A stretch of 64,000 nucleotides of DNA from Lama glama (Eukaryota), in contig CM052839.1 in the NCBI GenBank assembly GCA_028534125.1, positions 45,136,001 through 45,200,000 on the forward strand. The letters are read 5' to 3'. The notes below the pieces were generated by a model, which was not told where the DNA came from, did no database searches, and saw only the letters and a program-made list of their open reading frames with translations. Shown in pieces: positions 1 to 10,347 of this stretch (its first letter is position 1; every line of letters starts with the position of its first letter). The position numbers were made by a program, and so were the translations under genes.

Positions 1-17
1 GACCTCTGATGTTACTA

Positions 18-189
18 CAGGCAGACCTCAGAGATATTATGGGTTCCATTTTTGCAATAAAGCGAATATGAAAATAAATAGAGCCACACAAATTTGTTGG
101 CTTCCCAGTGCATATAAGTTATGTTTACTCTATACTGCAGCGTATTAAATGTGCGATTGCATTGTCTTTAAAAAGCACGTACCTTAATT
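18..189 (-). mobile_element. Tigger1 (TcMar-Tigger DNA transposon) terminal fragment, cut off by an assembly gap
   Basis: TA at 16-17 followed by CAGGCAGACCTCAGAGATATT...GCAATAAAGCGAATAT...CCCAGTGCATATAAGTTATGTTTAC. This matches the recalled Tigger1 terminal inverted repeat and end sequence with a TA target site. Confidence 0.8.
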
Positions 190-289
190 NNNNNNNNNNN
201 NNNNNNNNNNNNNNNNNNNNNNNNNNNNNNNNNNNNNNNNNNNNNNNNNNNNNNNNNNNNNNNNNNNNNNNNNNNNNNNNNNNNNNNNN
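190..289. other. Assembly gap (100 N), likely hiding the CHMP6 promoter and exon 1
   Basis: Exactly 100 N. CpG-rich sequence resumes at 290. No MGNLFG-type exon is found elsewhere upstream of exon 2. Confidence 0.85.
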
Positions 290-610
290 CCGCGCCCCGG
301 CGCCGGCCCGGTACTGCCCTGCTTTGCCGTGGCCCGTCTGGGGCAAAGCCAGGGCCTGCGCCTGGGCGGGAGGCCGTGGGGAGGGGATGGCCGCGCAGTG
401 TGGCCTTGTCGCTGCGCCCAGAACCGGGGCTCTAAGGAGACCGGGCTCTGGTTGTGGGACAGTCGTGTTCCGTGTGACTGGGACTCCAGGTGGGCTCGGG
501 ATCTGCCTTGGTCCTTGCTCCGACCTGTGGCCTGTGCGGGCCCTGAGGCACTGAGGCCTCGCCAGGGTCCCCAGGCTGGCGGGCCGCCCTCCAGACGCCG
601 GTCTCTGAGA
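290..610. promoter_or_regulatory. 3' tail of the CHMP6 promoter CpG island (start of intron 1)
   Basis: High CpG density directly after the gap (ccgcgccccggcgccggcccgg...). Confidence 0.55.
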
Positions 611-1987
611 CCACACCAGACCCTCCAAGTTTTGGATGGTGATGTACCTGCCTGTGGATTCAGGTGTCCCTTCCAGGGAGTGCTGGGGCAAAAGCTAGTT
701 TCTGTGGAAAGAATCGCCGGCTAGGTTAAGTGAAATGAGGTGCCAAGAATAATTCATTTTCAAAAGGAAAGAAATGTGTCGAGGAGGAGACGGCCCAAAA
801 CGTGAGCAGCGTTTACCTTTGCTCTTTTTTTTCCCCATATATTTGTGATAAAAATGTGATTTTTGCACTAAGAGAAAAACGAATCCAAGTAACAAGTGAC
901 GTTTGTTTATTTTTCGGTTGGTTGGTATTTTGTTGTTGTTTTAACTGTGGCTTCTGAAACCATAAGTTATGAAACTTTTCAACTGAAGTTCTCCAGTCTA
1001 AGAAGAGACAACAGGCATGTTTGTCGCTGGAGAAGATCGTAGCTTTGGGTGCTTAGTGTGGTCGGGTGCACACGACAGCAAGGTGTGCCCTGCCTCCTCC
1101 CTCTGCTGCTGGGCTTACCCCTCTGGCTGAGCAGGAGGCCCCCAGGCTACTCTCTTCCCTCTCTAGGGACTCACCTTTGGGTTTCTTTTCAGGGAGGCCT
1201 TCCTCTTGCCAAGGATTCACGTTGGTGGGGTCACAGTAGAACAAAACATTGCCTGATAATTTCTGAGGGTGAATAGCTGAGTCGAGAAGCTTCGAGCTCC
1301 AGCGTGCTGTCCTGTGACCTTCTGCCAAGACCCCTTGTTTTACAAAGCGGGCAGCCTGGCCGCACCTGCGGAGGAAAGGTGGCCAGAGCTGGGGACTGGC
1401 ACAGAGGCTGGCGCCGGGTCTCCAGACACCTCCCACTGAAGCCACAAAAGAGCAAAGCCAGGAGGGAGGAGGCCCCAGGCCCCAGCCATGGCTGGGTGGG
1501 ATGGTGGCTCACGGTGACTGTCACCAGCACCTTCTGTGTTTCTGTGCCTTGGAGGTGCCGGCAGCGCTCCCTGGCCTGCCTGGCAGTGCTCACGCTCCTT
1601 GCCAATGGCAAGCGGGCAGCAAGGCTGTGCGGTGTGGGCGCTGAGGGCGAGGGACTGTCTAGGGTGGGGGCAGGGGCGTCTTGGGCTGTGAGGGTACTGA
1701 GCTGCAGCCCTGGCCTCCACCTCCAGAGGCCAGTGGCATCCCCAGCTGTGACAGGCTGGGGTGACTCCAGACAGTGCCCCACATGCTCTGGGGGACAGAC
1801 TTCTCCCCAAGGAGAGCTGTTTCAGAGGGTGTGCTTCCAGTGCTGGCGATCAGGGCAGCCTGGCTATGGTGGGGGCCCCTTCCGTGACCCTGGCAGCCTC
1901 CAGGCCGGCTCTCCCAGGCACTGGGTAGCCTGGCGTGGGTGCAGCGCTGCACGGGCTCAGTGTGGACACAGGCCTGCTCTCCGGCAG

Positions 1988-2097
1988 CAACTGAAGCAGC
2001 AGCGGGACCGGCTAAAGCAGTACCAGAAGAGGATCACCCAGCAGCTGGAGCGGGAGCGGGAGGTCGCCCGGCAGCTCCTGCGCGACGGCAGGAAGGA
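1988..2097 (+). CDS. CHMP6: CHMP6 coding exon 2 (QLKQQRDRLKQYQKRITQQLEREREVARQLLRDGRKE)
   Basis: cag|CAA acceptor, GA|gtgagt donor, 110 nt. Translation matches the Snf7-domain helix 1 of CHMP6/Vps20. Confidence 0.97.
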
Positions 2098-2183
2098 GTG
2101 AGTGGGGCCGGGTGGGGCCGGGAGGCTGGAGCAGGGGTGGGGCCGGGAGGCCGCTCAGTGTCACCGCTCGGGTTCCCCTGCAG

Positions 2184-2271
2184 GCGGGCCAAGCTGCTGC
2201 TCAAGAAGAAGCGGTACCGGGAGCAGCTCCTGGACAAGACGGAAAACCAGATCACCAGCCTGGAGACCATG
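2184..2271 (+). CDS. CHMP6: CHMP6 coding exon 3 (RAKLLLKKKRYREQLLDKTENQITSLETM)
   Basis: cag|G acceptor, ATG|gtaggc donor, 88 nt. Phase is compatible with exon 2. Confidence 0.97.
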
Positions 2272-2827
2272 GTAGGCCCGGCTGCGGCCGGGGGCGTCTG
2301 TGGGCCCCACGGGGCTGAAGTGTGTCACCTTCCTTCCCTGGGCCCCTCAGCCAGAGCCCAAGGAGTGGGTCTAAGGAGGAGGGGAGACTCTTCGATGGGA
2401 ACCTGGCCATCTTCAGGGGCTGGGGGCAGGTTGGCTCTTGCAGGCTCGGGGGCTCTTGGGGGGCTGGACCCCTTCTGGGTGGTGGGGTTGGGGGGTGGAC
2501 AGGGTGGGTGGGGGTCTGCCCGGGTGATGGGAGAGGTGTCCCGAGCGGCCCAGCTCTAGGCCCAAGTCTAGTTCTGCTCTGTTGCTAACCAGAGCTGCTA
2601 GTAAGCAGTCGTGGTACTTTGAGATTCTTCCCGGGTCCTCTGAGGCCCACCAAGGCCCCTAGTGGTGCTCAGGGCAGCAGGAACGGACAAGGGGGAGGCT
2701 GGGGCAGAGATGGTCTGCCCTGAGACCCAGCGGTCTTCATGGGCGGTGGTCTCATCCTCAGTGCCGTTGCGGGGTCTGCGTGAGGAGGCAGAAGGCTGGC
2801 CCCTGACCACAGGGCTCTCCCCCTCAG

Positions 2828-2914
2828 GTCCAGAGTATTGAGTTCACCCAGATTGAAATGAAGGTGCTCGAGGGGCTGCAGGTCGGAAATGAGTGTCTGA
2901 ATAAGATGCACCAG
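2828..2914 (+). CDS. CHMP6: CHMP6 coding exon 4 (VQSIEFTQIEMKVLEGLQVGNECLNKMHQ)
   Basis: cag|GTC acceptor, CAG|gtgagt donor, 87 nt. Confidence 0.97.
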
Positions 2915-3029
2915 GTGAGTCTTGCAAGTCTGGGGGCAGAGAGGAGGGGAGCAGGCGGAACAAGGAGAAGGCTTGTCCCTGACGCCACCCCTGCACCCAG
3001 GCTGTCAGGTGCATGGGAAAGCCAGTCAC

Positions 3030-3290
3030 TACCGGGAGAGGGTGACAGTCTGGTGGGACCAACAAACTCAGGAATGGTGGCCTGAGAATAGGGACCCAAA
3101 CTATAATTTGGGTTCACAGATGCTAAAGTGACTGGAGGGAAAGTCTGCTTAGAATAGGGGAGGGTTGTGGTGAACTAATCTGGAGGACTTCCTGGAGGAG
3201 GTGAACCCAGCCTCCTCTCAGGAAGCAGAACGGAGGTGGGCAGTAGGAGGAGAGGTGAGGCCCAGAGAGGCCGTGGCAAAGCCCCCACCC
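3030..3290 (-). mobile_element. Degenerate L2 LINE fragment
   Basis: ggaggacttcctggaggaggtga...gtggcaaagccc resembles the L2 antisense hallmark. Boundaries are approximate. Confidence 0.45.
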
Positions 3291-3733
3291 CGTCTCGTTC
3301 CTGACGAGTGGGTGGCACACAGGGCCAGGCAGATCTGGGTTGCACTGCTTTTCCGAGTGTCCAGTGTGGTCTACCTGCCAGTCAGGCAAAGGTGCTACTT
3401 TGAACCCAAAAGAAATCAAGTCGCCTGGCCAGAGAACGTTTTTTGTGCTGTTTACTAGCACTAGGCTTGATTTGGGTGCCAGAAGGTCCAGTGAGAAGGG
3501 CCCGCAGGATCCAGGGAGGTCAGTTGAGGCTTCTGAAAAGACTAGTCTGACGGCTCCACAGCCTCTGTGGATGGGCCCTGCCTGGGACACAAGTGACCAA
3601 GGATGAGCCACGTCCCACTTGGCTTCATTCAGCAGAAACAGAGGGTCCGGGCCGTGTGCCCTGTTGGTCGGGGTGGCTTCATGCAGGGGTTGATGCTTGT
3701 CGTGCTGACGCACTCCCGACTTGTAACTGACAG

Positions 3734-3799
3734 GTGATGTCCATAGAAGAGGTGGAGCGGATACTGGACGAGACCCAGGAGGCCGTGGAGTACCAGCGG
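3734..3799 (+). CDS. CHMP6: CHMP6 coding exon 5 (VMSIEEVERILDETQEAVEYQR)
   Basis: cag|GTG acceptor, CGG|gtaggt donor, 66 nt. Confidence 0.97.
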
Positions 3800-4036
3800 G
3801 TAGGTGTTGCCGCGTCACTGGGACCCGCCTTCTGCCAGCCCAGGAGCTCGAGGGCCAACTTGCTGAGTGTCCAGCGCCACCCTCGAGGGCCAGGCCTCCC
3901 CACGCCACTGGGCGGCTGCCTTCTTTCTTTCGAGGAAGAGGAGCCTTGAGCCGGGGCCGTCTCCTTCCTCTGTGAGGGGCTAGCTTTCCCTGCCCCAGCC
4001 GGGCCGTGCGCCTCACCTCCGCTCCTCCTTTCACAG

Positions 4037-4117
4037 CAAATAGATGAGCTGTTGGCAGGAAGCTTCACGCAGGAGGACGAAGATGCCATCCTGGAGGAGC
4101 TGGATGCAATCACTCAG
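4037..4117 (+). CDS. CHMP6: CHMP6 coding exon 6 (QIDELLAGSFTQEDEDAILEELDAITQ)
   Basis: cag|CAA acceptor, CAG|gtaacg donor, 81 nt. Encodes the acidic C-terminal region. Confidence 0.97.
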
Positions 4118-4193
4118 GTAACGGGACCCCGGGACTGACGCGGTCACTCGGGTGACGGGACCCCGGGACTGACGCGGTCACTCGGGTGACGGG
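4111..4193. repeat. 34-bp tandem repeat (about 2.4 copies) spanning the exon 6 donor
   Basis: Units start at 4111, 4145 and 4179: CACTC(A/G)GGT(A/G)ACGGGACCCCGGGACTGACGCGGT. Confidence 0.95.
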
Positions 4194-4628
4194 CCACCTT
4201 ACTTCTGGTTCACTTACTTACTGACTCAGTTCTTCTCAAAACCCAAGGGGCTTCTGGGTACCCTCTGGGAACCACAGACACACCCAGTGCTAGCACCCAA
4301 GGGGACCACAGCAGAGGTGCCCCTGTGGCCCCTGACCTGCATGGGTGCCTGTTTCAAAGCCCATGACCCAAAATCAGATGGAACTCTGGGCGGGGAGCCC
4401 CTCAGGGTCCAGGCTGTTGGGCGCAGCCAGCGTTCGTGGCCACCGCGCCCTTGGTGTTGGGAGTGGGAGGGATCCTGGCAGCCAGGGATGGCGCAGCCTT
4501 GGTTGGGTGCTGGAGGGTTCGTGTCCCACTGACATCCCGCTGAGAGCAGCTAAGCAAACAGGATGCCGTCGTCCCGAGAGAAGGACCATGGCGATTGCGT
4601 CTAACGGCCTTTACCCTGTTTCCTTCAG

Positions 4629-4683
4629 GAACAGATCGAGCTGCCAGAGGTTCCTTCGGAGCCTCTTCCCGAAAAGAAGCCAG
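4629..4683 (+). CDS. CHMP6: CHMP6 coding exon 7 (EQIELPEVPSEPLPEKKP), containing the MIM2 VPS4-binding motif
   Basis: cag|GAA acceptor, CCAG|gtactg donor, 55 nt. LPEVPSEPLP is the MIM2 element. Confidence 0.97.
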
Positions 4684-5326
4684 GTACTGTCCTCGTCCTG
4701 TCCTTGGAGAGCAGTGAGTCCTAGAGGGTCCCGGCCGCGGGGTCCTGCCCTTCCTGCTCAGCGAGGGTCGTGTCCCATCGCCCACAGGTGCTGGGCCACG
4801 TGCTGGCACCAGCTTGGGAGCTCAGGCCGACGCGGGGCCTTACCCTGAGGTCGAGCCCAGCTTTCTGAGGGGTCTGGGGAACCTTGTGAGAGCCAAACCC
4901 ATCTGGAGAGGCATGCCCTGAAGGTAGAGCCAGGAAAGGGCCCGTTTAGCCAGGCAGGCGCCCTCAGTGCAGCCAGGACCCGCCGTCCTCGGGCTGTCAC
5001 AGGGACAGCTGTCCCGGGCGTCACTTACACGCGCCCTCAGAAGTTCTCCACGCCGATCGGTCCTCCGTGAGTCCCCTTGGCTCTCTCTGCTCCTCGCTGC
5101 CCCTCAGCCTCCTCTCCGGCCCAGGGGAGGGGCTGCTGTCCCATCTTGAGTGCGGCTCTGTTGCTGGCCCACCGGTGTCTGCGTGCAACTCGCCTCCCCG
5201 GAGCCGTGCCTGCCTTCTCAGAGCACGAAGGCCTGGGCCTGGCACCTTGCCGCCTCTGATCCTTCCTGGGGAATTTCGCCTGCAGGGTCTTGTTGCGCAA
5301 CAGACGTGTCTATGTTTCCTCCACAG

Positions 5327-5382
5327 AGAAAGTCCCCGTCAAGGCCGGGCCCAGGCAGGCGGAACTGGTGGCAGCCTCATAA
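5327..5382 (+). CDS. CHMP6: CHMP6 last coding exon 8 (EKVPVKAGPRQAELVAAS*)
   Basis: cacag|AG acceptor, TAA at 5380-5382. Exons 2-8 total 543 nt; adding the expected 63-nt exon 1 gives 201 aa plus stop. Confidence 0.96.
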
Positions 5383-5584
5383 CACGGCCTCCTCACGTGG
5401 GACTCGCAGGGAATGCCGAGGACTGGGGCCCAGTGATTGGGCGTGCGGCCGGCCCTGACCGGGCTCCCAGGAGGCCGGCGCCATGCCGGCCGGCCGGGTG
5501 CTGACGGAGCCGCTCGCACACCGGCGCCCTCTCAGGACGCCCACGGGGCGTTTCCAGGCGCCGCTGTCCTGCTCTCGTTTCTGG

Positions 5585-5590
5585 ATTAAA
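5585..5590 (+). terminator. Candidate proximal CHMP6 poly(A) signal ATTAAA
   Basis: Variant hexamer about 200 nt after the stop codon, in otherwise GC-rich 3' UTR. Confidence 0.35.
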
Positions 5591-6212
5591 CCCTGCAGCC
5601 AGCGCAGCTTCCGAGGCTGTGGTTCCTGTGGCCGGGCCGGGCCCGTCGCGCCTGGTGCCGGTCACTCGTCCTGGTGCGCACGGCTCCGCTGGCCGCCGTC
5701 CCCCAGCGCTGTCTGCTGTGGGGGGATGCGTCAGACCCCGCCTCCCACCCTCCCCTCTCCCCTCTCCCTCTTCCTGCTGCTCCTGTCCGCTGGCAGGGGC
5801 TTCAGTTCAGGGGTCCCTGCCTTGGCCTGGCTTCCTGACATGCTATTTCCATGTAGATTTGGGGTGGAAGGCTATCTGTGTGTATCTGTCAGCGTTCTGG
5901 GGCAGGGGGCCAGGAGGGGCGTCCCTGCTGGATCGACGACTTCGGGAGCCCTAACCACCCCATCCCTCCCGAGTCTGTGCACAGAGGTCAGTCCTGCTGA
6001 GAAGGGACGTTCCAGGACAGCCAGTGCATCCGGCCGGGTCCCCCGAGATGCCAGCTGGGAGCAGTCAGCAGCCAGGCGGGGGCTGCGGAGGATGGAGAGG
6101 ACTTCCCTGCTTCATGGGTTGTTTCAGAATTAGACAGTCTCACTGGGATTTCACTCCCAAGGGGGTGAAGTCAAAGGGGACCCTCCTAGCCCCGCAGACA
6201 GGCCAAGCCCGT

Positions 6213-6218
6213 ATTAAA
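6213..6218 (+). terminator. Candidate main CHMP6 poly(A) signal ATTAAA
   Basis: Variant hexamer about 830 nt after the stop, followed by CA dinucleotides and G-rich downstream sequence. Confidence 0.55.
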
Positions 6219-8449
6219 GTTGCCGCCCACACAGTCTGCCGCCTGGTGAACTGGGGCCGGTGGGAGGGGCAGGGAGTGTTGGGTGGCTCCTCCCTCTGGT
6301 CCCTGGAACAGGGGGCACTTGAGGGCACCTGCCTGGGCCGGGCCACACGGGGACCAGGGTCAGGAGCCGGTGAGGTCCTCACCCTGCCCAGCCGAGGGCA
6401 GTAGGTTGGCCTGGGCTCCAGCACCAGCCGGGGCAGGTCACCTCCGGGCAGCTGCCCGCAGTGAGGTGCAGGGCAGTTCTCTGCCCCCTCCTCCCTTCTA
6501 AGGGGTGCTGTCGGCCTCTCCTTGTTTACAGGGTTTGTGTGACCCCGTGGCTGGTGGCCGGCCGTCCAGGGGGGTGGTCTGGTGCCCGGGGGTGGGGTCC
6601 AGTTTGGAGTCCTACGTCTAGGTGAGAAGCCAGTGCCCCAGGGGCGAAAAGGCAGCAGCAAGGAGGGAGACGTGGGCGTCCACCGCGGGGGGTGTGCAGG
6701 CCCTCCCCCCAGAGGGCACGGCGGGGTGCGGCCGTGCTGCCAGGTCTGAGAGGAGCGGAGGCCTGGGTTTTCGGGGGACAGCCTTGCTTTGTGTGAGGCC
6801 CCCTGTCAGGTGCAGTGCTCTCCTCTGCCGGGAGGGGGCGCTCTGCCAGCTCCAGTCTGACTGCTGGGTCCCACTGGCTTCTTTCTGGCAGTGCGTGGTG
6901 ACTGTCCCCAGGACCCGGCGGGGCCCCTAGGGCAGTTCTGGTTGAGGAGGGGAAGCAGGCCCCAGGAGCTGGGGCGGGACTGAGATCTCATGTACCAATC
7001 AAGCAGCCTTTTTCTTTGTGAAAGTTCATCCTGTGGACCTAGGAAGGAGGCCCTGCCCTGAGACCTAGCTGACCTTGAGCCGACTCATGGGCTCTGGCCT
7101 TGGAGGTCACCTGCCTCACAGGCCCTCTTGTAGCGGGGAGCCCCTCCTGCCATGAGGAAACACATTCTCCTGCCCATGCCGAGCCCTGGTCTTGGACACC
7201 AGCCGCATGAGTGTGACCCAGCCTCCTGATCTGGGGGACGTAGGCCTCGTGACGATCACAAGCCAGTCGTGGTGGAGTGCAAAACCTGGGGCAGAGCTGG
7301 CATCTGCCCCAGACCAGTGGGGCCGGGGGGCCTTGGAGGGGAGGGGGAGCCTGGGAGCAGCCTGTGCCTGCTGGGTGGGAGAGGAGGAGGGGGGCTGTGA
7401 TGACCATCTGACCAGAGAGGGGACTTGCTGGCAAGCTGGCAAGCTGGCACCCGGGAGGACAGGCGGGGGCAGTGGGGGAAAGGACCAGGCACCAGACGCT
7501 TGGCTGGAGGCACTTCCATCCACAGTGTGCGCAGTGTGGAGGTAGAGGGTGGGAGGGGGCTGGGAGAAGAGGGCACCAGGACTGGGTGTGGGGACAGAAT
7601 GGGATGTGCCCAGCATGGGGTGGGAGGGTGTCCTGGCCGCACTGTGTGCCCCACCCTGGAGAAGTGTTTGCCCCCTCCCCACCCACTGCTGCCCCATAGG
7701 GTCTCCCACTGACCCCCACCTGCCCCGGGGGAGAACTTGGTGATGATAGGTGGAGCGTGGGGCGTTGTCACGACGACACAGGGGCTTTGCCTTCCCAGGG
7801 GAGGCCCAGAGCCAGATTGCCAGCCACATCCCATGGGGATGGGGTTGGGAGGAGACCCCATCCCCCCTTCCATCTCTGCAGGTGCTCGGCTGCTGGGGGT
7901 GGGGCAGTGGGGCTGGGCCTGGGCCTGGGCCTGGCGGGAGCTGGCTTCATGGCCCAGGCTGGCCTTAACTGAGTAAGCCAAGACATCCGGCCTGGGGCAC
8001 CCCTGGGCCAGGACAGCCCTTTAGCGATGCCCACCATTCCTTGTGGCCCTGTGTCTGGGGCTCTCAGGAAATGGGAGCACTCCAGATCTCTTCCTTCGTC
8101 GTCTGTGCACCTGTCCCCAACCCCCCTGCACACAGCCGAGGGCCAGGTCTCGGGCTGGGGGGCCGTGGTCTTGTCCCTGCGGAGTCTGAGACCTGGTCCT
8201 GGGAGGAAGGGGTACTCCTCCCCACCTGCGCCTGAGGGCGGCACCGCCTGGTCTAGGGGTGCGAGGGGTTTGAGGGGTGTGAGTGACACTGTCCTCTGGT
8301 CTGGCTTTTTGTGGGGGGAAGCAAACCTCACCTGAGAAGCAGAAGTTCTGAAATGAAGTCAGAGGAACAAGAGCACAGGCAGCTGAGGACTGGAAGTCGC
8401 ACCACGGGTGCGAGCTGCTTGGACCCTGAAGAGTGATGGCTTCACTTTG

Positions 8450-9613
8450 TTTCTGTGTTTTTTCGGGTAGAAGCTTCATTGAGATGAAACTCATAGCAGA
8501 CAGCTCACCATGTAAGGTGCGCAGCTCAGGCTCGTTCACAGAGCTGTGCGGCCATCACCACGGTCGATTTCAGAACAGCCCGTCGTCCCTGAGGAAGCCC
8601 TGTCCCCTCGGCTGGTGCCTGCGGCTCCCCTCCCCGCGGCCCCGCAGCCTCTGGTGTGCGTCCTGTCTCCTGTTTGCCGCTTCTGGACACGTGTAAACGG
8701 AGTCGCACAGTGAGCGGCCTTCCGCTTGGCGGGAGGGTTTGAGGCTTGGCCGTGCCGCGGCGAGCGTCAGGCTTCCGTCCTTTTCACGAACGGGTAATAC
8801 TCCATTGTGTGGACGGAGCAGGTTTCATTTCTTTGTCCATCACCTGGTGGGCAATTTGAATTGTTTCTGCTGATTGGCTGTTAAGAATAGAGCTCTTGGG
8901 AGCATCTCTGAACAGGATTCTGTGAAGGCGTGTTTTCATGTCTTGGATGCAAACCTAGGAGTCGAGTCGCTGGGTCACAGGGTGACCTCGTTCAGCCGCT
9001 GAGGAGCTGCTGCGTGTTTTCCTAAGTGTCTGCACCATTTACGTCCCCAGCGGCCGCGTGCCCGGGCTCTGCCTGTCCCCCTCCTGCCAGCACTAGCTGT
9101 CTCCTGTCCCCTCCTCCTGGCCATCCTCGCGGGAGTCCGGGGAGGTCTCACTGTGGTTTTGCTGTGCACTTTCCTACCGACTAGTAATGTGGAGCACTTC
9201 CCGTGTGCTTGTGGGCCATCTGTACATCGTGGGAGGCATGTCTGCTTAGCTCGTCTGCCCACCTGGAAGCTGGGTCTTTAATTACGGAGTTGCAGGTGTT
9301 CTCTCTGTGTTCTGGATACTAGATTGTGACCAGATAGGAGATTTGCAAACACGTTCTCCCATTCTGTGGGTTGTCTTCACATTTTTGATAACATCCTTGG
9401 AAACACAGCGTGTTTTTAATTCTGAAGAAGTCTCGTTTATCACTTTTCCTTTTGTTGCTTGTGCTTTTGGTGTCACATCTAAGATACCATTACCTAATCC
9501 AAGGTCATGGAGATGTAGGCTTTCTTTTCGGAGTTTTATAGCTCAGCTGTCACACTTAGGTCTTTGATCCATTTTGAGTTACTTTTTGTATACGGTGCCA
9601 GGTTGGCAGCTCC
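8450..9613 (-). mobile_element. Ancient L1 (L1MB/L1M-like) 3' end plus ORF2 3' region
   Basis: agcttcattgagatgaaactca...ccatcaccacggtcgatttcagaaca; gatttgcaaacacgttctcccattctgtgggttgtct; tctttgatccattttgagttact. These are typical antisense L1 3' motifs. Confidence 0.85.
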
Positions 9614-10113
9614 NNNNNNNNNNNNNNNNNNNNNNNNNNNNNNNNNNNNNNNNNNNNNNNNNNNNNNNNNNNNNNNNNNNNNNNNNNNNNNNNNNNNNNN
9701 NNNNNNNNNNNNNNNNNNNNNNNNNNNNNNNNNNNNNNNNNNNNNNNNNNNNNNNNNNNNNNNNNNNNNNNNNNNNNNNNNNNNNNNNNNNNNNNNNNNN
9801 NNNNNNNNNNNNNNNNNNNNNNNNNNNNNNNNNNNNNNNNNNNNNNNNNNNNNNNNNNNNNNNNNNNNNNNNNNNNNNNNNNNNNNNNNNNNNNNNNNNN
9901 NNNNNNNNNNNNNNNNNNNNNNNNNNNNNNNNNNNNNNNNNNNNNNNNNNNNNNNNNNNNNNNNNNNNNNNNNNNNNNNNNNNNNNNNNNNNNNNNNNNN
10001 NNNNNNNNNNNNNNNNNNNNNNNNNNNNNNNNNNNNNNNNNNNNNNNNNNNNNNNNNNNNNNNNNNNNNNNNNNNNNNNNNNNNNNNNNNNNNNNNNNNN
10101 NNNNNNNNNNNNN
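9614..10113. other. Assembly gap (500 N)
   Basis: Exactly 500 N, flanked by L1 sequence on both sides. Confidence 0.95.
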
Positions 10114-10253
10114 TATGATAAATCACAGAGAAAAAAATGTGACAATGAGTGTGTATATGTCCATGAATGACTGAAAAATTGTGCTGAACACTGGAATTTG
10201 ACACAACACTGTAAAATGATTATGAATCAATAAAAAATGTTAAAAAAAAAAAA
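10114..10253 (+). mobile_element. Young lineage-specific L1 3' UTR with poly(A) tail
   Basis: AT-rich tail ...TGACACAACACTGTAAAATGATTATGAATCAATAAAAAATGTT followed by A12. AATAAA at 10229-10234. Resembles recalled camelid L1 ends. Confidence 0.75.
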
Positions 10254-10347
10254 GGAACCTCCACACTGTTCCCCACGGTGGCTGCACTGATTCGCATCCC
10301 CACCAGCAGTATGGGAGGGCTCCCTTTTCTCCACACCCACTCCAAGC
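10254..10347 (-). mobile_element. L1 ORF2 3' fragment, inverted relative to its neighbours
   Basis: ggaacctccacactgttccccacggtggctgcac...ccttttctccacac is the antisense of the conserved L1 ORF2 C-terminal segment. Confidence 0.8.

Noticed and set aside
1304-2101. 265-aa ORF as an extended CHMP6 N-terminus
   Set aside because: It starts at a non-ATG codon, and the upstream part is intron 1 sequence with no CHMP6 similarity. A canonical acceptor ends at 1987.
4111-4193. 34-bp repeats as a CRISPR array
   Set aside because: The units are head-to-tail with no spacers, and there are no cas genes. It is a minisatellite.
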